DNA from: Paludibacteraceae bacterium
GTDB lineage: Bacteria > Bacteroidota > Bacteroidia > Bacteroidales > Paludibacteraceae
Length of the DNA stretch: 64,000 nt
Direction: 5' to 3'
Assembly (NCBI GenBank): GCA_017649635.1
Contig: JAGCGM010000027.1
Location: forward strand, 989-64,988
Shown here: positions 8,692-18,374 of the stretch, piece by piece
Numbering within the stretch: the first letter of the stretch is position 1
How the letters are laid out: each line of letters opens with the position of its first letter
Made by a program: the position numbers and the translations under genes
The notes under the pieces: generated by a model
Told to the model about the DNA's origin: nothing
Seen by the model: the letters and a program-made list of their open reading frames with translations, nothing else
Database searches by the model: none

Positions 8692-9426
8692 TTAGTTGGC
8701 TAACATCCTCTTGTCGATGAACTCCTGGAATACGTTTTTGTAGGAGTCGGAGACTGGGATGTAGGTCTTCCCGAAGATAATCCTGTTGCGCTCCACTTCC
8801 TTGATTTTGCTTGCGTTCACGATGTAGGAGCGGTGGACGCGCAGGAACTGGCTGGCTGGGAGCGTGGTCTCCAGCGACTTCATGCTCATCAGCGAGAGGA
8901 TAGGGTATTGCTGGTCTTCCAGGAATATCTTCACGTAATCCTTCATGCCTTCGATGTAGAGGATCTTGTCGAACTGCACCTGCACGAGTTTGTAATCCGT
9001 CTTCACGAAGATCGACCTTTCCGTCTCGGGTTGCTCCGTGACGGCTGGTTTATTCGCGTTAGCGGCCATCTCGAACCAACTCAGCGCCTTGTTGGCGGCT
9101 TGCAGGAAATCATCGTAGCTGATGGGTTTCAACAGATAGTCCAAGGCATTCACCTTGAATCCGTCCAAGGCATATTGCTGGAAAGCGGTGGTGAAGATCA
9201 CCTTTGTCTTGTCACCGATGAGCTTCGAGAACTCCAAACCGTTCATTTCGGGCATTTGGATGTCTAGAAACATCAGGTCAGGCGTGTTCTCAGCAAAGGC
9301 TTTCGCGGCTTCCACCGCGCTCGAGTAGCTCCCAATCAGGTTCAGGAAAGGGGTTTTCTTCACGTAAGATTCGATGAGTCCCAAAGCCAATGGCTCGTCG
9401 TCTACTACGATACAATTGAGTGTCAT
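8692..9426 (-). CDS. LytTR-family two-component response regulator
   Basis: Receiver domain (IVVDDEPLAL...LDIQMPEMNGLEF) followed by a LytTR DNA-binding domain (FLRVHRSYIVN). ATGA overlap with the upstream kinase. Confidence 0.9.
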   Translation of the reverse strand: MTLNCIVVDDEPLALGLIESYVKKTPFLNLIGSYSSAVEAAKAFAENTPDLMFLDIQMPEMNGLEFSKLIGDKTKVIFTTAFQQYALDGFKVNALDYLLKPISYDDFLQAANKALSWFEMAANANKPAVTEQPETERSIFVKTDYKLVQVQFDKILYIEGMKDYVKIFLEDQQYPILSLMSMKSLETTLPASQFLRVHRSYIVNASKIKEVERNRIIFGKTYIPVSDSYKNVFQEFIDKRMLAN

Positions 9427-10622
9427 GCGTTCTCCTCCTTTTTCGTGTTAATGATTAATAATGAGTGATATACATCACCCTCCACACCATATTCGAAGAC
9501 GTGCGAATTCGGGTATATGAGTTCCAGCCTCCTTTTCGTGTTCTCCATGCCGATGCCCGAACCGCTCTTGTCGTGCTCTGCGGATTTCGGGAAATAGCTG
9601 TTCCGCAGCTCGCATCGTACGGTGTTCGTCTCGGTTTCCTTGATGGAGAACTCGATGAATGACGACTGGTTGTTGGATATTCCATGCTTGAAAGCGTTCT
9701 CTATCAAGGATATGAAGAGAAGCGGGGCGATCGGCATCGTCGGGTCGAGGGAGACATCCGTCGTGACATCCACCCTGACGGAACTGCTCAACCGGAGTCT
9801 CATCAGTTTGACGTAGTTATTGATAAAATCGATCTCTTTTTGAATCGGCACATACTGCTGTCCGTCATCGTAAAGGACATAGCGCAACATCTTGCTGAGG
9901 TCCATGACCGCCTCCTGCGACTTCTCCGGACTGATGGCGATCAGCGCATAGATGTTGTTCAGCGTATTGAACAGGAAGTGCGGGTTGATTTGGCTCTTCA
10001 GGTTCTTCAGCTCCGCCTCCACCTTTTGTTTCTCCTCCTCTTGACGTTTCTCTTCGGTTTGGAACCACCTTGAAGTTGTCTTGATGGCGACTGCGATGCC
10101 AGCCATGCAGATGAAAGAGAAGATATCAGTGATGATATGCCACCATCTGAACCGTTTGCGGTCCCTCTGGATATTTTTGGAGATGTCCGTTTGGGTGACA
10201 GGCACTTCCGCCTGCTCGATCACCGTGATGGTGGATTCGCTCTGTTTTAAGTCCTTGATTTCCTTCTCCAACAGTTCGATTTTCTCTTGTAGACGGACGC
10301 TTCGGGGTTGAATTTCCGGCGTCAGATAATTCTGCCAGCAGTAACTCAATCCGCAAAGCAAGGCAATAAGCACCACGTTATGCGTGATATAGTTTTTTAA
10401 CCGGTTGGCGAACAAGTATTTTTCTATCAGCCAACAATAGTTGACGTAAAAGATAATCATGAAGGAGAGCGGCGTGCAGACATTCTTCCACCAATAGACG
10501 ACCCATTGAGTATCGTCACTTCTGCTAAAAAAGAAGATGGGGATGACGAAGATTAGGAGCCACGCTATCACATGGATCGAAATGATGAACTCTTTTTTGT
10601 GTGGAAATATGGATTTACTCAT
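9423..10622 (-). CDS. LytS/YehU-type sensor histidine kinase
   Basis: Four N-terminal TM helices, a coiled-coil segment, His_kinase motif NPHFLFNTLNNI and an HATPase-like C-terminus (GSGIGMENTKRRL). Confidence 0.85.
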   Translation of the reverse strand: MSKSIFPHKKEFIISIHVIAWLLIFVIPIFFFSRSDDTQWVVYWWKNVCTPLSFMIIFYVNYCWLIEKYLFANRLKNYITHNVVLIALLCGLSYCWQNYLTPEIQPRSVRLQEKIELLEKEIKDLKQSESTITVIEQAEVPVTQTDISKNIQRDRKRFRWWHIITDIFSFICMAGIAVAIKTTSRWFQTEEKRQEEEKQKVEAELKNLKSQINPHFLFNTLNNIYALIAISPEKSQEAVMDLSKMLRYVLYDDGQQYVPIQKEIDFINNYVKLMRLRLSSSVRVDVTTDVSLDPTMPIAPLLFISLIENAFKHGISNNQSSFIEFSIKETETNTVRCELRNSYFPKSAEHDKSGSGIGMENTKRRLELIYPNSHVFEYGVEGDVYHSLLIINTKKEENA

Positions 10623-11664
10623 GGTTGATAATGTCTAAGTCTAAAAAAATGGGTAAATGATCACTATATCCGTAGGCGTAGAAGGCACCCATAAATGCTC
10701 TTTTAGGAGCCTTGCCCGTTTTGTCCTCCTTTAGCAGGAAATCCTCTTGGCAAATATGAATATCATAGACGGAGGTGTGGATGGAATGCTTGGGGTCCAA
10801 TAGAGGACCCGAGACGATCAGATGGTCAAGCATGCCCCATTCCCCACCGAACTTGTGGCTTCCCACATCCCCTCTCTCCGCGAATTGTTCGCAGAGGTTG
10901 TACAGCTTTTGCTCAGCGGGATGAGACGTTGGCTTTTCCGCTCCGAGCACCTCCTTGATGCTAGCGTTGTAGGGGTAGTCGTTGAAGTCGCCCATGATGA
11001 TGATATTGCATCGAGGATGGGCGTTCTGTAGGCTATCCGTCACTTTACGGAGCGTCTTCGCCGCTGTGAAGCGTTTATGCTCCGACTCAAGCTCCCCTCC
11101 ATATCGGGATGGCCAGTGGTTCACGAAGACGTGGAGCGTGTCTCCATTGAAGAGAATGCCGGTGGCATGGAGAATGTCGCGAGTCGGGCGACCCTCTTCG
11201 ATGGGCACAGGGATGAAATCCTCACTAACGATGCGGAAGCGGTCCGGCAAATAGGCGAGGGCGACATCCACGCCACGCTGGTCGGGAGAGTCCTTGTGGA
11301 CGAACTGGTAGCCACACACCTTCAGTTGGGTGCGCTGCGTCAAATCCGTCAGCACTTTTTTGTTCTCCACTTCGCAAAGTCCGATGATCACAGGTTTTGC
11401 CCATCCACCAGCGGCGGTGATGGCTCTCGATATGTTATTCAGTTTGTTTTTATATTTTCCTTCCGTCCATTGATATTCCCCTTCGGGAGTGAAGGCGTTG
11501 TCGTCCGTCAAAGGATCATCCTCGCAGTCGAAAAGGTTCTCGACGTTGTAGCTGACGATGCGGATGGTTTCATGGTCTGTCTTCTCGGCGAAGCACGGGA
11601 AAGCAACCACTATTTGGAAATAGAGGAATACCCGAAAAAAACTTGCCGACAACCATCCCTTCAT
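10615..11664 (-). CDS. Secreted endonuclease/exonuclease/phosphatase (EEP) family protein
   Basis: Signal peptide. EEP motifs IVSYNVENLF, GLCEVEN, GDFND and SDHLP in canonical order. Confidence 0.8.
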   Translation of the reverse strand: MKGWLSASFFRVFLYFQIVVAFPCFAEKTDHETIRIVSYNVENLFDCEDDPLTDDNAFTPEGEYQWTEGKYKNKLNNISRAITAAGGWAKPVIIGLCEVENKKVLTDLTQRTQLKVCGYQFVHKDSPDQRGVDVALAYLPDRFRIVSEDFIPVPIEEGRPTRDILHATGILFNGDTLHVFVNHWPSRYGGELESEHKRFTAAKTLRKVTDSLQNAHPRCNIIIMGDFNDYPYNASIKEVLGAEKPTSHPAEQKLYNLCEQFAERGDVGSHKFGGEWGMLDHLIVSGPLLDPKHSIHTSVYDIHICQEDFLLKEDKTGKAPKRAFMGAFYAYGYSDHLPIFLDLDIINHE

Positions 11665-11675
11665 ATTACAGCCAA

Positions 11676-13190
11676 TTATTGATTTTCAGTTTTTTGTTCC
11701 TCTTCGGAGTCCGTTTTCACGACAATCTGGTAGGCGCCCATGTCCGGAGCGGCGATCACATCCCTGACCACACCGTCCTTGTCCGTTTTATAAGCCTCGT
11801 TGTGAAGTATTAGTCCGAGGTCACCTTTCTCCTTGCAAGGGGAATCCTCCTGTAGGTGGAAATCATATATCCGTTGAGTGTTATCTATGCTTTGGAAACG
11901 AGGAGACTCGTTCGTGATGACGACGTTGAAACGCTCCGTGTCATTCTCTATTTCCTCAGAAGATATATCTGTGAATAATAGGGAATGGTCAAATTTGTAG
12001 TCCATGGAATCCTCCGGGAAGTGAGGCACAAAATAGATTTGTTTTCTCGGAACCCCAATTCTAGACGTGTCACCGGAGACGATGCAGTTATTGAACCTCG
12101 CCTTGAAAGATAGTCCTACCAACGGATCCGCATCCTTAGAGGTGTCCTGATCGGAAAGCGTGAGCGCATAGCTGGAGGAAGCGTGAGAGGAGATGGTGCA
12201 ATGGTCGAACTGGTGATTGCCGCCCCATAGGATGACGCATCCTCTGTTTCCGTTCGTGAACAAGGAATTATAGGCAAACACGTTTGTCCTATAGGCCACA
12301 AGGCAAGCACCATAAGTGTTGTGTATTTGGCTGTTCGAGACAATCAGGCTATAGTCCTCGCTGTTAGACATGGCCGAATCCACCTCTATACCGAATGCGC
12401 CACCCTTGATGAGGGCGTGGTTGATCCGGTTGTTCGTGCTTTTGTTGGAAATGTATATGCCACCCCATTGGTTGTTTTCCTGATCGTATAGGATGTCTTT
12501 TTTGTAGTAGTCTTTCCTGTCGGTGCGGAAGACCACCTCTTTGTCGGCGGATCCGTCGATGATGAGGGAACCGTCCACTTGCATGGTACCTTTCTTTTTC
12601 ATGTAAAGAATTGTGCCTTCTTTGATGGTGAGTGTCACGGCTGAATCCACGACGATGGAGTCGTAGATGAGGAATGGTTTTTCGTCCGTCCAAGTGGTGT
12701 CGTGGCTGATGTGCAGGCTATTCCTTATATGGCAGGCATCCTGTCCATAGGCGGATATCACGATGTCTTGGCAGTTGCCGTTGTATAAGAGCTTGATTTT
12801 ATCCTCAATGAGTAGGGGAGCGTTGTCGCCAATCTCTTCGACGACGATCTGCACGAAGACGTAGAGGCTGTCACCTGAAAGTATCTCAACGTTTGAGAAG
12901 GAAGTGCCGGATTTTCCGTTAACGTTGATTTTGAAGAAATTATTCTTTGACTCCAAAATGATGGACTCAATTTTGATGTCTTCTTTTGTCCTGTTGTATA
13001 TTTTGAATTCCGCAGTCGGACTGATGGTTTGGGAAATAACCGTGTCAAATAGGAGTGAGTCTGGGATTGAAAGTTTGAAATCCGGGTTGTTGGTGAAATC
13101 GTCCTTGCACCCACTATTGGAGAAAAATATGCCAAGTAGAAGCAGTCCAATGAAAACGCTGTTCGATAAATATAGTAATTTCTTTGCCAT
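11676..13190 (-). CDS. Lipoprotein with right-handed beta-helix repeats
   Basis: Lipobox (FFSNSGC). The central region (VTLTIKEGTILYMKKKGTMQVDGSLIIDGSADKEVVF ... IVSNSQIHNTYGACL ...) shows the periodicity of parallel beta-helix proteins. Confidence 0.5.
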   Translation of the reverse strand: MAKKLLYLSNSVFIGLLLLGIFFSNSGCKDDFTNNPDFKLSIPDSLLFDTVISQTISPTAEFKIYNRTKEDIKIESIILESKNNFFKINVNGKSGTSFSNVEILSGDSLYVFVQIVVEEIGDNAPLLIEDKIKLLYNGNCQDIVISAYGQDACHIRNSLHISHDTTWTDEKPFLIYDSIVVDSAVTLTIKEGTILYMKKKGTMQVDGSLIIDGSADKEVVFRTDRKDYYKKDILYDQENNQWGGIYISNKSTNNRINHALIKGGAFGIEVDSAMSNSEDYSLIVSNSQIHNTYGACLVAYRTNVFAYNSLFTNGNRGCVILWGGNHQFDHCTISSHASSSYALTLSDQDTSKDADPLVGLSFKARFNNCIVSGDTSRIGVPRKQIYFVPHFPEDSMDYKFDHSLLFTDISSEEIENDTERFNVVITNESPRFQSIDNTQRIYDFHLQEDSPCKEKGDLGLILHNEAYKTDKDGVVRDVIAAPDMGAYQIVVKTDSEEEQKTENQ

Positions 13191-13212
13191 CTGATGTTAC
13201 ATTCTTAGGCTT

Positions 13213-13220
13213 CAAAGGTA
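13213..13220 (-). promoter_or_regulatory. Candidate -7 box TACCTTTG for the minus-strand operon
   Basis: The reverse complement of caaaggta matches TAnnTTTG. It lies 22 nt upstream of the ATG at 13190. Confidence 0.35.
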
Positions 13221-13430
13221 ATCATTAAAACAATATGAATCGATTGATTCGGATAAAAAAGCATTTTGAGGCTTTATTTTGTCTTATTTCGCCCCTTCTC
13301 GGACACGGAATGTGAAATTGTTGAAAATTTAACGCTCTATAAATCAATTTTTTATTAAATTGGTCATTGATATCTGACATAATTGCATTTATTTTTTCGA
13401 TTATATTTGTTTTTATTGAAATATTCATGC

Positions 13431-13438
13431 TAAATTTG
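13431..13438 (+). promoter_or_regulatory. Candidate -7 box TAAATTTG upstream of capsule locus 1 (second candidate TATATTTG at 13402-13409)
   Basis: Exact TAnnTTTG matches. Either one would give a leader of about 350 nt before the first gene at 13785. Confidence 0.3.
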
Positions 13439-13784
13439 TAGTCGGTATTTAGATTGTGTATGTCTTTACAACAGTCTCAAGGTTACGGTTATTTTTAAGG
13501 GTGTGCGTTGTCGTGCACCAGCCGAGTTTCGGGATTTTTGCTTTCGGGTAAATATTAGCGAACAACCTTGGAATGCTCGCATTTTCATTTTTGCGGGGAG
13601 AGATTGGTATGTGCAATTTAGTTTGTTTATTGTATTTTAAATCGGTTTGGACGGCGTAGTTCTTATGAATTTGATGTGGTCAATCCCTTTTTTTTCGTAT
13701 GAATTGTTGAATCCAAGCAGGATAAGGTTGTTTTAAGGTCGCACGAACCAGGCGGCGCATGTTTGATCAATTATTCTTTATCAA

Positions 13785-14942
13785 ATGTCTGATTTTTTTG
13801 TAACAATGTCTGATACCGCCTTTTGGCGGTTCATGATGGGTTCGGCTCTAATTATTTCGATTGTAGCTGCTGGTGTTTTGATTCCGCAGATTCTATTGAT
13901 CGCTTTTAGGAAGAAACTTTTTGACGAGCCTGACGAGCGGAAAATACACCACAGTACGGTGCCAAGACTAGGAGGTATTGCGTTTGAACCTGTCATTTTG
14001 TTCACCATGTTCATCTTGTTGGTTTTTGATGTCCATGCGCTTCGGTTCCAATTGATGACGGAGCTGGGTGAAAATGTCCTGTGTTTGTCCATCTGTGTGT
14101 GTTCGTTGATTCTCCTTTATCTGGTGGGAATCGCGGATGACTTGATCGGTGTGAAGTACAGTGCGAAGTTCGTCGTGCAGATAGGGTGCGGCTTGTTGTT
14201 CCTTTTTGGAGGTTTGTACATCTCCGACCTGCACGGCCTCTTTTTCATCAACGATAGATTGCCATGGTTCCTTTTTTGGCCGCTGACGGTTTTCCTGGTG
14301 GTTTTCATCATCAATGCGTTGAACTTGATTGATGGAATCGACGGATTGGCTTCCGGTCTGAGCGGCGTAGCATTGGGTTACTACGGCGTCGTCTTTTTCG
14401 AGATAGGGGAGTATGCCTTCGCCATGATCGCTTTCTCCACGTTAGGAACAGTGATCCCGTTCTTTTACTACAACGTCTTCGGGAAAGCGGAAAAACAGCA
14501 GAAGATATTCATGGGTGATACTGGTTCGTTGACCATCGGCCTAATCCTTTCTTTCCTGAGCTTTAGGATGGCTAATGTCTATATCGAGCCTTCCCACACT
14601 TGCCTATCGAGGGTTCATCCGTTCTTCTTGGCGTTCGGACCGTTGCTGGTGCCTTGTATGGATGTGGTGAGGGTATTTATCCATCGTATCAGAATGGGTA
14701 ACAGCCCGTTCTTGCCGGACAAGAGCCATATTCACCATAAACTGCTTAGCCTAGGCATGTCGCAGCATAAGACCATGGTGGTGATTTTGTTGTTCTCCGC
14801 CTTTTTCATCGTTTCATGTCTGATTCTGTCCAAAAGGATGGAACCGACATTGTTGCTCTTGTGTTGCATAGCGCTCTATACGTTCTTGAATATCTGGTTG
14901 TCCAAACGGATTGCGAAAAAAGAATCTTCGGAAAATAAATGA
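13785..14942 (+). CDS. WecA/MraY-family polyprenyl-phosphate HexNAc-1-phosphate transferase (initiating transferase, locus 1)
   Basis: About 11 TM helices. Motifs IADDLIGV, NLIDGIDGLASG and FMGDTGSL are characteristic of glycosyltransferase family 4 (MraY/WecA). Confidence 0.85.
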   Translation: MSDFFVTMSDTAFWRFMMGSALIISIVAAGVLIPQILLIAFRKKLFDEPDERKIHHSTVPRLGGIAFEPVILFTMFILLVFDVHALRFQLMTELGENVLCLSICVCSLILLYLVGIADDLIGVKYSAKFVVQIGCGLLFLFGGLYISDLHGLFFINDRLPWFLFWPLTVFLVVFIINALNLIDGIDGLASGLSGVALGYYGVVFFEIGEYAFAMIAFSTLGTVIPFFYYNVFGKAEKQQKIFMGDTGSLTIGLILSFLSFRMANVYIEPSHTCLSRVHPFFLAFGPLLVPCMDVVRVFIHRIRMGNSPFLPDKSHIHHKLLSLGMSQHKTMVVILLFSAFFIVSCLILSKRMEPTLLLLCCIALYTFLNIWLSKRIAKKESSENK

Positions 14943-15040
14943 CGGTGTTCCTGCCTTTCTGTTTGGAATAGATTGTCATGCCCGTTGTTTCGCGTTGTAA
15001 TATTGATTTTACTGATTTTATATAAACTCTATTGATAAAG

Positions 15041-15874
15041 ATGAAAGCCAAATCTATTTTAATGACAGCCTTCGTCGGCTTATTATTGTGTTCATGTTCG
15101 TCTTACGAGAAAATTCCGTATTTTCAGGATGCGGACCGTGTTAAAGGCATCAATATCTCAGCGGTGCAGGAGATTACGCTTCGCCCGAAGGATAGGATTT
15201 CCATCGTGGTGAACTGTAAGGATCCTCAACTCTCCGCTTTGTTCAACCTCCCGTATGTCACGCAGCGTGTGGTTGCCACAGGTGCCCGTAACACATTGTT
15301 TGGAGAGGAGACGGGCGCAGTTTCGGGATATACTGTGGACAATGAGGGAAACATCGACTTCCCAACCATCGGTAAACTGAACGTGGCGGGTCTGACGAGA
15401 AGCGAATTAAGCACTTTGATTAAGGATGAGATCGAATCGAGGAACCAAGCGAAAGATCCGGTCATAACGGTCGACTTCCTCAATCTGAGTTTTACGGTTA
15501 TGGGTGAGGTGGCCAACCCGGGCATATACCGGATCTACAAGGATAACATTACCTTGATTGAGGCCATCAGTAGCGCGGGAGACCTGACCATACAAGGAAA
15601 ACGTGACAATGTGCTTGTCATGCGTATGGAAGAGGGTAAGCAGAAGTCCTACCGTATCAATCTCACCTCATTGCAGAACGTGGTGCAATCTCCTGTCTTC
15701 TACCTGCAGCAAGACGACATCGTCTACGTGGAGCCAAACAAGATGAAGGTTAAACAGTCCACCGTTAATGGAAACAATGTCACATCGGCCTCGTTTTGGA
15801 TTTCAATATCTTCATTGGCCACAACGGTTGTTGCCCTTGTGTTGAACAACAATAAGAAGAAAAATAAGGATTAA
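15041..15874 (+). CDS. wza: Wza-type outer-membrane polysaccharide export lipoprotein (locus 1)
   Basis: Lipoprotein signal MKAKSILMTAFVGLLLCSCSS. Poly_export motif (LRPKDRISIVV...PYV) followed by an SLBB-like segment. The track start 15032 is TTG; the ATG at 15041 is preferred. Confidence 0.85.
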   Translation: MKAKSILMTAFVGLLLCSCSSYEKIPYFQDADRVKGINISAVQEITLRPKDRISIVVNCKDPQLSALFNLPYVTQRVVATGARNTLFGEETGAVSGYTVDNEGNIDFPTIGKLNVAGLTRSELSTLIKDEIESRNQAKDPVITVDFLNLSFTVMGEVANPGIYRIYKDNITLIEAISSAGDLTIQGKRDNVLVMRMEEGKQKSYRINLTSLQNVVQSPVFYLQQDDIVYVEPNKMKVKQSTVNGNNVTSASFWISISSLATTVVALVLNNNKKKNKD

Positions 15875-15918
15875 TAGAGTTTCGAATATAAATAGTAACA
15901 AAGAATATTAAAAATTTT

Positions 15919-18315
15919 ATGGAAGAGAACAAGAAAAACGGAGGTCAGACAGAGGATTTCATCGAACTCGGTGAGTTGATCCTTTTGTGTGCCCGGAAGT
16001 GGCATTGGTTCGCCGCATCCTTTGCCATTGTATTGGCTTTGGCCATTCTTTACATCTTGAAGACCCCGGAGTCCTACACTCGGACAGCGGAGGTGCAGAT
16101 TAAGTCGGAAGCGAAGAACGGACCAAGTATGAACATTCAAAATGCGTTCAACGACATGGGTGGCATGTTTGCCATGAACACGAATGTCAACAACGAGTTG
16201 CGCGCATTGCTCTCCTCGGACGTTATGTTCGAGGTGGTTAGACGTTTGAATCTGGACGTGAACTACACGATCGACGGCAATTTCCACGATGTGGTGTTGT
16301 ATGGCTCGAATCTTCCTGTCACAGTCTCATTTGTCGATTTGACGGATTACGACAATGTGTTCTGCGATGTTTCCTTGGGCGATTCCGTCGCATCAAAGGA
16401 CTACGTGAAGATCGACAACATCGCATATACTCAGAATGGCGAGATTATAGAAGTGCACGAGCCTGCGATGGCTTCCCTAGGCGACACCATCAACACGGCC
16501 CTCGGACGTTTGGTTGTTCAACGTAATATGCGATACACGGGCAATGGAATCAACTACTTGCACGTTACCCGTACCAATATGTTCACTTCTCAGGAGAACT
16601 GGTCTGGTGCATTGAACGTGACGCAGGATGACGACAAGGCGGACATCATCACCCTGGAGGTGAAGGATGTTTCCATCCAACGCGCCGACGACATCTTGGA
16701 TATGTTAATCAAGGTGTATAACGAGAACTGGATCAAGGACAAGAACCAAATCGCTGATGGTACGTCCATGTTCATCAACGAACGTCTGAACATCATCGAG
16801 AATGAGCTTTCTTCCGTGGATAATGATATCTCTTCCTATAAGAGTAAGAACCTCTTGCCTGATGTGAAGGCTGTGGCTGAAATGTATATGCAGGAGAACG
16901 CCAACATCTCCAACCAACTGCGTGATTTGAATGCGCAATTGTACATGACCAACTACATCAGGGATTACCTCTCCGTACAGAAGAACCAAACGAAGGTGTT
17001 GCCTGTGAGCTCCGGTTTGCAGAACGCCAACATCGAGTCGCAGATTTCCGAATACAACGACAAATTGTTGCAAAGGAACCGTTTGGAGTCGAACAGTAGT
17101 TCCGAGAATGACCTCGTGAAACAGATGGATATCGATTTGGGGTCTATGCGTAGTGCCATCTTGGTATCCATCGACAACCAGATCGCTGCCATCGACAACC
17201 AGATCCGTAACTTGAAGCACAGTGAGAGACAGGCATTGTCCCGCATCTCATCCAACCCTAAACAAGCTGAGATGTTGCTCTCCGCCGAGCGTCAGCAAGC
17301 GGTTAAGGAGGCCCTCTACCTCTTCTTGCTCCAAAAACGTGAGGAAAACGAGTTGTCTCAGTCGTTTACTGCTTACAACACTCGTGTGATCAAACGTCCA
17401 GGCGGTAGTATGCGTCCTGATGCCCCTAAGAAACGTAACATCCTTCTGGTGGCTTTCGCCATCGGTCTGATTGTGCCTCTCTCACTCATCTACATCAAGG
17501 AGACGTTGAACACGACCCTCCGAGGGAAAAAAGACTTGGAGCAAGTGCCTGTACCGTTGTTGGGCGAGATTCCTTTGTCCAAACAGCCTAAGAAATGGTG
17601 GCAGTTCTGGCGGAAGGAACAGAAAGTACAGGATGCCGTGGTTGAACACGGTAATAGGAACGCTATCAATGAGGCTTTCCGTATCTTGCGTACCAACTTG
17701 GAGTTCATGGTGAAGAAAGACAGCAATGTGATGCTCTTCACGTCTTATAACGCTGGTAGCGGTAAGAGTTTCCTCTGTGTGAATACTGCTTTGAGTTTGG
17801 CGATCAAGGAGAAGAAAGTGCTCGTGATCGATGGTGATATGCGACACGCCTCTCTCTCCAAATGGGCGAACAGTCCGAACATCGGTCTAAGCACCTACCT
17901 CAGCGGAAAGGTGAATAGCATCGAAGAGGTGATGGTGAAGAATGTGGACGGTAATGTCGGGTTGGATATGGTTCCGGTCGGCACCATCCCACCGAATCCA
18001 TCCGAGTTGATCGGTAATGGCTTGTTGGGTGAGTCGATTAACAGACTGAAGACGCAATACGACTATGTCTTCATTGATTGTCCGCCTATTGATATCGTGG
18101 CGGATGCCCAGATCGTAGAGAACTATGCGGACAGAACGCTGTTCGTCGTACGTACAGGATTGTTGGAGCGTTCAATGCTTGAAGACCTCACCGCATTATA
18201 CAACGAAAACAGATTCAAGAACATGACACTGATCCTGAACGGTACGCCAATGGAAAAAGGCAAGTACAGCTACCGTCACGGATATTACAACAGTGATTAT
18301 TATTCCTATAGTTGA
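15919..18315 (+). CDS. wzc: Wzc-type chain-length regulator / BY tyrosine autokinase (locus 1)
   Basis: Wzz/GumC-like N-terminal half with two TM segments. Walker A SYNAGSGKSF, A' VLVIDGDMRHAS, Walker B VFIDCPPI. Tyr-rich tail YSYRHGYYNSDYYSYS. Confidence 0.9.
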   Translation: MEENKKNGGQTEDFIELGELILLCARKWHWFAASFAIVLALAILYILKTPESYTRTAEVQIKSEAKNGPSMNIQNAFNDMGGMFAMNTNVNNELRALLSSDVMFEVVRRLNLDVNYTIDGNFHDVVLYGSNLPVTVSFVDLTDYDNVFCDVSLGDSVASKDYVKIDNIAYTQNGEIIEVHEPAMASLGDTINTALGRLVVQRNMRYTGNGINYLHVTRTNMFTSQENWSGALNVTQDDDKADIITLEVKDVSIQRADDILDMLIKVYNENWIKDKNQIADGTSMFINERLNIIENELSSVDNDISSYKSKNLLPDVKAVAEMYMQENANISNQLRDLNAQLYMTNYIRDYLSVQKNQTKVLPVSSGLQNANIESQISEYNDKLLQRNRLESNSSSENDLVKQMDIDLGSMRSAILVSIDNQIAAIDNQIRNLKHSERQALSRISSNPKQAEMLLSAERQQAVKEALYLFLLQKREENELSQSFTAYNTRVIKRPGGSMRPDAPKKRNILLVAFAIGLIVPLSLIYIKETLNTTLRGKKDLEQVPVPLLGEIPLSKQPKKWWQFWRKEQKVQDAVVEHGNRNAINEAFRILRTNLEFMVKKDSNVMLFTSYNAGSGKSFLCVNTALSLAIKEKKVLVIDGDMRHASLSKWANSPNIGLSTYLSGKVNSIEEVMVKNVDGNVGLDMVPVGTIPPNPSELIGNGLLGESINRLKTQYDYVFIDCPPIDIVADAQIVENYADRTLFVVRTGLLERSMLEDLTALYNENRFKNMTLILNGTPMEKGKYSYRHGYYNSDYYSYS

Positions 18316-18374
18316 TAGGGTAGGATAAGGGATAGGCTCATCCCCTACGACGATGGAAGGTGAGCCTTTATTAA

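Noticed and set aside
13225-13428. A 67-aa minus-strand ORF in the divergent intergenic region, and the 101-aa ORF 27294..27599 opposite the upxY promoter and start.
   Set aside because: Both are AT-rich and low-complexity, have no recognisable motif and overlap candidate promoter boxes or a well-supported gene start.
18316-18374. A hairpin (GGGAT-aggctc-ATCCC) after wzc1, considered as an intrinsic terminator.
   Set aside because: The stem is only 5 bp with imperfect extension and no T-run follows. The next gene starts 59 nt later on the same strand, so read-through is more likely.
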